DNA of 64,000 bases from the human T2T-CHM13v2.0 reference genome, Homo sapiens, in NCBI RefSeq assembly GCF_009914755.1, contig NC_060938.1, one strand, 5' to 3'. The position numbers and the translations under genes are program-made. Position 1 is the stretch's first letter. Every line of letters starts with the position of its first letter. Shown here piece after piece: positions 1 to 16,390 of this stretch. The notes under the pieces are model-generated. The model was not told the origin of the DNA and ran no database searches. It saw only the letters and a program-made list of their open reading frames with translations.

Positions 1-744
1 CTCGGCACACAGACTCATCACCACCACCTACCCCCATACTGCCTGTTGCTTCTAGGGGGCCATGCAGAGTTATTTACTTTATTACATTATTTATATTTTC
101 AGATTATTCCTGGGATTAATTGTTATGGAAGCCCAGATTTAATTAGTGTAAACTTCAGTTACAGCTTAATATAAATTGAATTACAAGCCATTTCTCTTTG
201 AGAAATATTAGGATTTATTAGCAGTCCCCCCAAAACTAATTAGTTTGAACGAATACATTTCAGCATTAATGGATGAGGGAAGCTTTGTTTGCTATTGTTT
301 GTAATTATATTAGCGTATTACATCCTTCCCCTCTCCCCTCTGTGTGTCTACTTTGATGATTAGCCTGGATGGGAGAAGCCTTGTCTGTTCACCCAAGGCC
401 TTAGGAAAGCAATAATGGTCACGGAGAGAGAAATTGGCTCCACTGAGATAAAATGGAGGGGAGGGAGAAAAAGCCTGAGTATAAGAAAATGGTCAGATCA
501 CAGCTCATGATTTAAATTAAAAAAAAAAAAAAGCCGAAGCCAAAAGATGTGTGAAATGAGCATTTTAAATCCAAGAAGTATGAAATGACTCTCTCATAAA
601 TCTCTAAATGGGTAAAAGAAACTGTAGTTAAGCATTCCTGCTTGTGGGCCAGGAAAAAGACAGTGCATGCTTCGTGCTGTTGCCAAATTAATCTTCCAAA
701 AAAATAGCTTGATTATGTAATTCTCCTGCTCAGGAACAAACAGT

Positions 745-899
745 TAAGGGAATGGGCCTTGGAGTCAAGCAAGTTTGTTTGAGTCTATATTCTTCTATTT
801 GTCCATTTGACCTTGGGCAACTCACTAACCTCTTGTTACTTTGGTTCTTTCATGTATAAAAAAAGAGAATGATAGAACCTACCTCACAGGGTTATTATG
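745..899 (+). mobile_element. MIR SINE, 5' part; interrupted by the Alu/L1 composite and resuming at ~6560-6610
   Basis: MIR core similarity (tgaccttgggcaactcactaacctc...acctacctcacagggttattatgaagatta); the MIR-like continuation follows 6560. Confidence 0.7.
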
Positions 900-906
900 A
901 AGATTA

Positions 907-1300
<394 letters not shown>

Positions 1301-1564
1301 CTATCTGAGGTACCGGGTTCATCTTACTAGGGAGTGCTAGACAGTGGGCGCAGGTCAGTGGGTGCGCACACCGTGCGCGAGCCGAAGCAGGGTGAGGCAT
1401 TGCCTCACTTGGGAAGCGCAAGGGGTCAGGGAGTTCCCTTTCCTAGTCAAAGAAAGGGGTGACGGACGGCACCTGGAAAATCGGGTCACTCCCACCCGAA
1501 TACTGCGCTATTCCGACGGGCTTAAAAAATGGCGCACCACGAGATTATATCCCGCACCTGGCTG

Positions 1565-2219
1565 GGAAGATGAAATGAATGAAATGAAGCAAGAAGGGAA
1601 GTTTAGAGAAAAAAGAATAAAAAGAAATGAGCAAAGCCTCCAAGAAATATGGGACTATGTGAAAAGACCAAATCTACGTCTGATTGGTGTACCTGAAAGT
1701 GACCAGGAGAATGGAACCAAGTTGGACAACACTCTGCAGGATATTATCCAGGAGAACTTCCCCAATCTAGCAAGGCAGGCCAACGTTCAGATTCAGGAAA
1801 TACAGAGAACACCACAAAGATACTCCTCGAGAAGAGCAACTCCAAGACACATAATTGTCAGATTCACCAAAGTTGAAATGAAGGAAAAAATGTGAAGGGC
1901 AGCCAGAGAGAAAGGTCGGGTTACCCTCAAAGGGAAGCCCATCAGACTAACAGCGGATCTCTCGGCAGAAACCCTACAAGCCAGAAGAGAGTGGGGGCCA
2001 ATATTCAACGTTCTTAAAGAAAAGAATTTTCAACCCAGAATTTCATATCCAGCCAAACTAAGCTTCTTAAGTGAAGGAGAAATAAAATACTTTACAGACA
2101 AGCAAATGCTGAGAGATTTTGTCACCACCAGGCCTGCCCTAAAAGAGCTCCTGAAGGAAGCGCTAAACATGGAAAGGAACAAGCGGTACCAGCCGCTGCA
2201 AAATCATGCCAAAATGTAA
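1565..2219 (+). pseudogene. L1 ORF1p remnant (from about codon 121 to the C-terminus) with premature TGA at 1893-1895
   Basis: EDEMNEMK..KFREKRIKRNEQSLQEIWDYVKRPNLRLIGVPES...VEMKEKM*; native stop atgtaa at 2217-2219. Confidence 0.93.
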
Positions 2220-2282
2220 AGACCATCGAGACTAGGAAGAAACTGCATCAACTAACGAGCAAAATCACCAGCTAACATCATA

Positions 2283-6108
<3,826 letters not shown>

Positions 6109-6337
6109 ACAATGAGATCACATGGACACAGGAAGGGGAACATCACACTCTGGGGACTGTTGTGGGGTTGGGGGAGGGGGGAAGGATAGCATTGGGAGAT
6201 ATACCTAATGCTAGATGATGAGTTAGTGGGTGCAGCGCACCAGCATGGCACATGTATACATATGTAACTAACCTGCACAATGTGCACATGTACCCTAAAA
6301 CTTAAAGTATAATAATAAAAGAAAAAAAAAAAGAAAA

Positions 6338-6559
6338 AAGAAAAACATACTGAACAAATGAATTTGATGAACAGACACTTCTCAAATTCATTTGTTAAAT
6401 ATGTTTTTCTTAAATCCTCACCATGTGGCACAAGAAATGCAATATACAATGACTCCTAATGAACCAAAATTGTTCTTGTTCTCTATTCTATAACCTCTCA
6501 AAATTCTGTAACCATGTCCAGAAATAAAAACTTGAAGAATCTGTCAAAAAAAAAAAAAA
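6338..6559 (+). other. Candidate L1-mediated 3' transduction with second poly(A) tail
   Basis: ~200 bp of non-L1 sequence after the L1 A-tail, AATAAA at 6523-6528, A14 at 6546-6559, then the Alu TSD and resumption of the MIR. Confidence 0.8.
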
Positions 6560-7337
6560 GATTATGTGAAATGATGTAGCACATTAGGCACAGGGATATA
6601 TAATAAAATCGGTTTGTTGTTGGTAATAGATAAGGTCCAGTTCCCTTGGCATAGTATTTGAGGTCTTTCATCATCTCTCTTCCACCTATCTTTAAGCATA
6701 ATGCCCTGCCGGTCCATTCTAGGATGCTTACCCTCCGATTAAACTAGTGTCTTGGATTACAGTTTGCTGTGTCTTAATTCCTCTATTATATGGTAGATGC
6801 CGTAGACGCTGTGTGAGTTGGAGAGTAGGTCTTTCTCAGCTTCTGAGCCCCCAATGGCCAGGAGAGTCCCTAAAAAATGCAGAGGTATCACTGCTTATAA
6901 AAAGATTAGGTTTGCAAGGTCTGTAAATTTGCATCCATGTGTTTGTAAATCCACAGTGTTTTAGGAAGGGTTTAAGTTTGCAAGTAGGCCTTGAGTTTTC
7001 CTGTATTTAAAATGAAAGAGTTAGATGATATGGTTAATCAATAGGGCTCTCTCCACTTAAAAATGTTGTGATTTTACTTAATCTGTTTTAACTTTATTGT
7101 TGTCATGTTTTCATGATACCAAACATCACCAACAAGAAGCTTAAAAGATTAGAGAAAAACATGATATTTTTCAATACCCAAATGTTTCTCATTAGATGGA
7201 TAACGTATCTTTTTTTTCCAACATATTTTTCTGATTTCACTAGGATGCCTGAAACTATTCTTTATTGTGAATTTGGTAGGAGAAAGCCAGCCAAAGTGAA
7301 GCAGATGTTTGGAGGGTTTCGAAGATGTAGGTAATTC

Positions 7338-7635
<298 letters not shown>

Positions 7636-8577
7636 AGATGTGGGTAATTCTTACATATTTTTTTTTCCTATTTCTTGCCTTCTTGAATATTACCTACAAG
7701 AAAATCGTAAAGGCCAAGATTTCTGGTCATTATCAATTTTCCTTGACTTTAATTAACAAAGCTAACCTTTATTTGTGGAAAAACTTCAGAGAGAATGTTG
7801 ATATCAGGATAACACTCCCTCTTAAACAGGAGATGGGTTGTTGGTCACACAGGTAATAGCTCCGCAAAGTTGCAGAAGGTATTAGTTTCCCAATCTGCAA
7901 CTGATCTCATCTTCAGAGGTGTGCTGATGAATCAGGTGAGAGGAGTGTTTCCTGCAAACTGGAGTAAATACCTAATGTTTAGTAAATTACTTAAATTACT
8001 AAATGGAACACTGGCTTCCTTGAAGAATTAAATTCATCTCATGTGACTGAGTGAGAAATTTTTTTTTTCAGTATAGGTAATTTACTCAAGAGCAATCTCA
8101 GCCAGTATATGGTAATACAGGTCAAATCCTATTGAGGGAAATGAATTTGCATTTTAAAAGTCTTTCCAATTTCTCAGCCAGTGGTTTGATTCTTTCACAC
8201 AATATCTGAATGCATAAAGCCAGTAAACAAGTGCTTTGGTCAGCTGCTTGCAGGTGGATGAAATGGTGTTTGACAGGTATCAAAATTAGTCCCCATATAA
8301 TTGTTCCATTCTTATGGTAAAAGTACTGAATGATTTATTTCAGACAATCTTTTTTTGTGTGGGTCCATGCACTCTTTAATTTGAAGTTAAAAAAAGTGAG
8401 AAGGCCAACTAACACAAAATGTGAATTATAGAATAAATTTAAAGAAATTGAAAGAGGCTGTTTTAGTTCCTTCACATTTTGTGGGTTGGTATATTTGAAA
8501 TAGTAACTGATGTCTCTTTCCCTGACATCTCCTGTTGCCCAACCCCTCCCACAATTTAAGATTCAGTCAGAAGATAT

Positions 8578-8795
8578 AATAATAAAAGTAGTACCTATTT
8601 TTAGTTCTTATTATATGCCAGGTTCTATGCTAAGTACTTTACGTGTATTAACCCATGTACTCATAACAAAAGCCTCAATCTGAGGCAAATACAAATAGTA
8701 CCTTTATTTCATAGATGTGGTAACCTAGGCATAGAGATGTTAAGCCTCTTGCCCCGAGTCACACAGCTCATAAGACCGAAGAAGTCTGACTCTAG
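8578..8795 (-). mobile_element. MIR SINE
   Basis: tatatgccaggttctatgctaagtactttac...gatgttaagcctcttgccccgagtcacacagct resembles antisense MIR. Confidence 0.7.
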
Positions 8796-8811
8796 AAGCT
8801 AAGCTTGCACT

Positions 8812-8990
8812 ATGTTTGTCAAACTTGAGCTTGCATTAGAATCACCTGGGGGGCTCCTTAAATCATAGATTTCTGAGTGCCACTCCCAGAGCTTTGGAGT
8901 CAGTAAGTCTGAGGTGAGGACTAAAATTGTACATTCTAACAAGTTCCCAGGTAATGCAGATGCTGTTGCACTGGGAGCGCCACTTGAAGG
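8812..8990. mobile_element. MER5A (hAT-Charlie non-autonomous DNA transposon)
   Basis: caaacttgagcttgcattagaatcacctgg...cattctaacaagttcccaggtaatgcagatgctg. Confidence 0.75.
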
Positions 8991-9084
8991 TGACTGCACT
9001 ATGACTCGGTGTATCCAATACCCGTGACCTAGAAAAGGGTTGTTATGGCAGAAAAAGTCAAGGCTTTTGCATTTTGGAAATTCA

Positions 9085-9402
9085 GGCTGGGTGTGGTGGC
9101 TCACGCCTGTAATCCCAGCACTTTGGGAGGCTGAGGCAGGTGGAAGACTTGAGGTCAGGAGTTCGAAACCAGCCTGGCCAACATGGTGAAATCCCACCTC
9201 TACTAAAAATGCAAAAAATTAGCTGGGCATGATGGCGGGTGCCTGTAATCCCACCTACTAGGGAGGTTGAGGCAGGAGAATCGCTTAAAGCCAGGAGGTG
9301 GAGGTTGCAGTGAACAGAGATTGTGCCACAGGACTCCAGCCTGGGAGACAGAGTGAGACTCTGTCTCAAAAAAAAAAAAAAAAAAAAAAGAAAAAGGAAA
9401 AA
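9085..9402 (+). mobile_element. AluS
   Basis: Full dimer with A-rich tail; TSD aaattca. Confidence 0.95.
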
Positions 9403-10842
9403 GAAAATTCAAACTGTGAAACGACTGAGGATATAGAAAGATATGTAACCACTTATATCTGGCACTTTTGGATCCTGAGACTAGAAAAGTTTCCCAGAAC
9501 AGAGGGAATGAAGGAAAGTGTAGATATTGGTAGGTTTCTGAAGAAGGGACTTGGAACCTGTCTTCCCAGGGGAGGATGAGGATATATGGCAAAAAAAATA
9601 GAAGTCTTAAATAGGCTTGGTGGAGCTGAGCAGAGAAAGCCTGTGTCTTCTGCTAGACAGAGCCCATGGAAGCTGCGAGGCCTTGGAGTTCCCATTTCTT
9701 GGCATCCTGGAGAAGCAGCTATATGAAATGCCTCAGTAGACAGGTGTGGCCTATCAGTACAGAGTTCCTGGAGTCTCCACAAGGGGCAGAAGCAGGAAAA
9801 TTGTCTCTGCGTGTGTTTAGGAAGACTTGGATGTGGTTGCCAGAGGGCAGCGGCTTTGATGAGACTGTGGAGTTGCGTTTAGGCTGACCAGCATTGATCT
9901 GCACTTGGTCGATGACAAAAACTGTAGGGGGATGAGGATGTCTCATAGATTCAGTGTGGAGAGGCAACTACATGAAGGACTAGAAGCACACCCTCTGCCA
10001 CCTCTCCCACCTCAAAGGAACCATATAACCCTCGGCACCTGCAAAAACAAACAAACAAATAAAGAAACAAACAGAAAACCTCAGAGCCATCCCTGGGAAA
10101 AGGAGATGGGTGGGTTATTCTCAGTATTTTGAGATAAAGAAGTACGAGTTTATCAGATGAAATCTATACCTACTACAAATTGGTTGCCGTGTGGAAATTT
10201 AAAGAATTCTAGTGCAGGGGACATATATGCCATAGACTGATTAAGAGACTCAGGGGGAAGATTTAAAGCCAATTCATTGTGAATCAACAGAGGTGACCCT
10301 GTGGAAGAATGGGCATCCAGAGAAGTCAGGGTAGAATTTAGAAATATCACTCCTGGACCATAAAGAAACATAGCTTGAAAAAGAACAACCGCATGCTTTA
10401 AATTTACAAGGCACATATAAAATACGTGTCTGAAAGGAGACAGAAGGAGCAAAAGTAGCCTTGTAACAGCTTATTGACACAGTTCATCTAGGACACAGTC
10501 TTTCTTTCCTTGGGAAGCAAAAGGAGCTTCCAGTGCTATTAGCGCAGACCAAGAAGGTAGTGAGAGGCCATTACCCAGTTAAAATAGCATCCATCTTGAC
10601 CTTCAGTAAAGCAGTGAATTGGAGCCTGTGTGGAAAGCCTATAATTTGAAAAGAACACTAGACCCCGAATCTATCAAGTTCTGGAGGGTTAGACATTGGC
10701 ATCCCTGAGCTACAGTTTTCTTGCCTATAAAATGAAAATAATACCCCCCGATAGAGTATTAACTTTTATATGACTCCATACACATCACACTTGACATGTA
10801 GTTGCTACCCTATTGCTTCTGTCTTTTTGCAAATATCGACTA

Positions 10843-11161
10843 TTGTAGTCTTCCCTTATCCACAGAGCATTCGTTCCAAGACCCCCAGTGGATGCCTGAA
10901 ACCATAGGTAGAACCAAACCCTGTATACATGTTTTTCCTGTACACATACCCATGATAAGTTTTGATAAACTAGGCACAATAAGAGATTAATAATAAGGAA
11001 ATATAATAATTATAACCATATATTGTAATAAAAGTTATATGAATGTGGTCTCTCTCTGTCTCAAAATATCTTACTGTTCTGTATCCACCTATTTTTGGAC
11101 CACAGTTGACCATGAGAAACTAAAGCTATGGAAAATCAAATTTTATAAGAAGAAACTACTG
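10843..11161 (-). mobile_element. MER44A (Tigger7-derived TcMar MITE)
   Basis: TIR-like ends gtagtcttcccttatcc / ataagaagaaactactg flanked by TA; internal ccaagacccccagtggatgcctgaaacc. Confidence 0.8.
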
Positions 11162-11586
11162 TAATATGTTTGGCATGTAAAAGGCCACGTTATCATACTT
11201 GGAAGCAACAAAAAAATTTATATGGCAAAAAGAGATATTTGACACTAAAACTTTCTGTTAAATAAAAATTATTTGCTTTAAAACATCAAGATTTCTAATT
11301 TTGCTTATCATATATTATATATATATGAATGAAGAATTTTTATTACTATAGATATTTTGCAGTGTTTTTATAGAAGGTAGATTTATCACAGTGTGTGAGC
11401 CCATTATTTGTCTCTTTTTAAGTAACAGAACCTGATTTATTAAGAGTAGAAACATACCCAGACAAAAGACTACATTTTCCAGTCTCCTTTGCAGACAGGT
11501 GTGTCCATATGACTAGGTTCTGGCCAATGAGAAGTGAGTAGATGAGTTATGTGGTACTTCTGGAATGTCCATTTAAAAAAGGAGAG

Positions 11587-12539
<953 letters not shown>

Positions 12540-14443
12540 CAGAGTGTCAGGACTTTCTTCCTCTCTTCATCTTGTTGCCTAGAACTCCAATTTGGTGGCT
12601 GAAGCTCCTGCAGTCATCTTTGTAAGGGAAAAACCACATCCTAGAGATGTTGGAATGGTGTCTGAGAAGAAACCTGGACCTTTGATGACTTTATGTGGCT
12701 GAAGTCATCCATCAGCATGGACTTTTTAATACAAGTCAAAAAAAAAATACTGTCTTAAGCAAGCGATTTATTTTGACTATTTTTTCCTCAGAATCATTAT
12801 ATATAATCCTAACTGAAACTGCATGTTCTTGACTTTCCAATTTAGAAAGATAGTGCCTACTCTCCTTTAAAAATGTCCTCATTAGAAAAAATCTAAATAA
12901 TTGTCAGGGACACATGATTTCAATTTTCAACCTCAAAATACACATTTTTGAGATGCATTTTTATTGCATTTGGAAAGACTTCTTTGTGAAGGCAAAAATT
13001 CTCTCCATGCTCAGTGTGTGGGTGGCTTTAAGCTTTCATCAGAGTATTCAATGTCCATTTTACTGAGGACACTTATGAGTGCATTAGGCAGGCTTAGTTT
13101 TGGGAATTTTTACTTTTATACCAAAACTAACATTTCCCGTATTCCGATTCACTATATACTTATATCATGTGGCTCCCCTTCCCTTCTTATTCATTGTAGG
13201 GGGAACCTTTTAGTGACAGGTTGCAATTGTTTTCTCTATAGTCACCTTTTGGTGCACTTGTGTACTCTGTCCCCATCCAACTGTGTCTTTCCCCACTACC
13301 ACTCATAAAACAGAGTTATGATAGCCATAATTCTTTTGTAATCAGTCAATTGCTGCAGTTAACAAATGGTTTATTAGAGTGTTAACCTCCATTAGCTGAG
13401 AGGCTAGGTCATTAGCTGCCTCTGATAACCATTTCTCAAGGTTTATGACTTAAATAATCACTTAAATGATGACTTTTATTCTTCTATCTGTACTAAAACA
13501 AAGTTTCATAAGAACTTAGAATTCAGGGATCAAATAAGTAATATTTGTTGAAAATATTTGTAGACTTGGGCCCTCATTTTGTTTTGGGGTCCTGGTGTTT
13601 GTTTTAGAGCCTGTAAGCAAAGATGAGATACAGATTATGTTACTACCATGTACCAAGGAAGCGTTCTCAATAACAATATGCTTTCGTTTTCTGTGGATTA
13701 GGGTGTATGGATAAATAACTGTTTTCTTTTTACCTCCCAATTTCTTGTCCTGGAAATACTAGTAGTTTTAACTCAATGTTTTGTGACTTATTCATTGCTA
13801 AAAGCAATTGTACTTGACCTGTATTTAGTTTTCTCTTGGTTAGAAGAATATTCTTATAGGAGTGAAGACAGCTGTTACTGCTAATCTCTATTTGGCATTT
13901 CTGGTGATTCAAGATAAGCCATAAAAAGGACAGTGAAATCACAGGTTTGATCATGCCACACCACTGCTCACAGACCTTACCAGTTTTAAATTGCCTACAG
14001 AATGAAGATTTTATACGTAGAGAAGGTGGTAGGTTTAGGTTGCTAACTCATGGAGTACCAGTTTTCCTATTTCTGAGGTGAGTATGACAGTATTAATACT
14101 TTTATTCCTAGTTATTTTGAGAAAATAAAATGAGATAGCACCTATGAATTTATGAATGAAATTAGAGATAAAAATACCACATCTATTTCCATAGTGCTAA
14201 TATGCCTAGAAATTAATACTTTAGAAAAGGGAAATGCATATTTTTTCATTGCATTTTCACATTAAATCGTTTAGATACTTTTAACTATACAAATCATATA
14301 CAAATTTGCCATGGGACTACTAAAGCTATTTTCACAATTATTAAGAGTATAGACAGTCTGTTTCTCTTTGTATCCCCGATAATCCTAACGTAGTGTAATA
14401 TTTCCCAGAGGGTATTTCATTCAAGACTAACACAATAGGATGT

Positions 14444-14980
14444 TGTATTTGTTTCTTATTACTGTTGGAATAAATCACTACAAATTTAGTGGCTTAAAGC
14501 AACAAAAATTAATTATCTTACAGTTCTGCAAGTCAGAGGTTCCAAATCAATCTTACTGTGCTAAAAAAAAAAACAAAAAAACAAAAAAAAACCCCACAAA
14601 CCAACCAACCCAAGGTGTCAGAATGGCTGGTTCTTTCAGAAGCACAAGTGGAGAATCTATTTCTTGCTTTTTTCAGTTTCTAGAGACTTCCCTCATTCCT
14701 TGCCTTGTGGCCTCTTCCTCCATCTTCAAAGCTAGCAGTATAACATGTTCAAATCTCTCTCTGTTTCCTTCGTGTTATTGCCTTTTCTCTACTTCTGACC
14801 CCTCAGGGACTCTTACGATTATATAGTTTAGTTACCTAGTTAATTCAGGATAATCACCACATGTCAAAATCCTTAATTTAATCACATCTGCAAAGTCCCT
14901 TTAGCCAGTAAGGTAATATATTAATAAATTCTGGGAATTAGGATATGGACATCTTTGGGTGTCAGTATTCTGTCTATCAA
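14444..14980 (-). mobile_element. MLT1D-like solo LTR (MaLR)
   Basis: cacta caaatttagtggcttaaagcaac...taatcacatctgcaaagtccc...ggacatctttggg; 5-bp TSD gatgt. Confidence 0.8.
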
Positions 14981-16390
14981 GATGTTGCTAGGAAATAAGA
15001 AGGGAATAAAAGGATTCCATAGTCAGATAAGTCTGGGAAACACTTGGTATAAATAACATGAACATGTGACTTTCAATGCAGGATTTTTCTCAGCCTTTAT
15101 TATAACTAGCATACATTTTGATTTTTGTTAAAGCAATATAGAACCTAATATTTCCTAAACTTTTTGGTAAGGGACATATCCCCCCAGGCAAAGAGTATTA
15201 AATGGACTAGCATTTGTGGTAACATTATGGGAAGTAGCATGGAAAGGAAATCTGGAAACTTTCATTACTTTCCATTAACTACAGATGGAACTTAAATACC
15301 AGAAATAAATAATAAAGTTTCTAAAAGGACCTCAGTTCTTTAAACTTTGACTATGTCTTGTTAATCAAATTTTAATTTATTGTTTATTCTGTTTCTTACC
15401 AAAGTGCCCTTATCTAAAAGGATGATTCCTTTCAGTTTTAGCTCTCACATGTAAAGAGCTTAGAAGTTGTCACTCTCATCCTTACAACAATAACAACAAA
15501 AAAAAAACCTGGACAAACTGAAAATCATCCACATTGCTTGGACTCATTAGAGAACTGAGGCTTCAGATTTACCCTGAATTCTCGAGAGGCAAGAAGATAC
15601 AGAACGATGCAGCCACTGAGTTTTCTTACCTAGAGCAGAAGGCACTGGAGCTGTAAACTCATAGGAACACTTAGATGAGATTTTTGACAATTTGCTGCAG
15701 GATGAGTGTGGACTTTCTTGAGAGTAGGGCTTAGTCTGGTGTATGTTTGTTGGGGTGGGGTTAGGCCACACTTTTCTGGGTTTTTCTTTCTGGAACCCCA
15801 CCAGGTTTACATAGTAAAGATCCAAGAAAGATCCTCTGGTGACCCTGACAGGGAGAGGGAAAAAGTAATCATTTTGAAATATGCCCTGAGACTTTATGAT
15901 ACAGGCACATTCTGCAGAGGAAAGGACTTTGGCAGAGCACAATTCTGAAATCTTATCCCAGCAGGAGGAAGGAAAATTCTTCCTATTCTCTTAAACTTCC
16001 TTCATTTTTCTTGTTTTAACTAAGTGAAGAACTAAAAAGATAGTCAACAGGAGACAAGGTTTGGAGGAAATAGATTGGGAAGGGAGTAGGGAGCAGGGGA
16101 GAAAAGATATACCACTGTAGGAGGGAAAGAAAAACTTGTGAAGGCCACAGTCCTGAGATACAAGCCTGCTCACAGATGGAGAGAGATTTTAAGCATTATA
16201 GAAGCCCCTCACCCCCATGCCCTAACACTGCACCAAAAGGCTTCAGTGAAATAACAGTGATAATAGCTGAAAGCACTTAGAGAAGCCCCACAGCCAAGAC
16301 GGGAGATAAAAAGAAGGATAGTTGAGGAATTTGAAGCCTGTGGTGCTTATAGTTATAGCAAATATTAAACACACCCAATTCCTAACCAGA

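Noticed and set aside
1555-1575. L1 deletion junction as a GT-AG splice product
   Set aside because: Needs two mismatches and a very weak donor (GTCCTA); a GGA-microhomology deletion needs only one mismatch
1344-1895. 183-aa chimeric 5'UTR-ORF1 reading frame as a new protein
   Set aside because: Starts at GTG, is a by-product of the deletion, and ends at a premature stop; nothing supports translation
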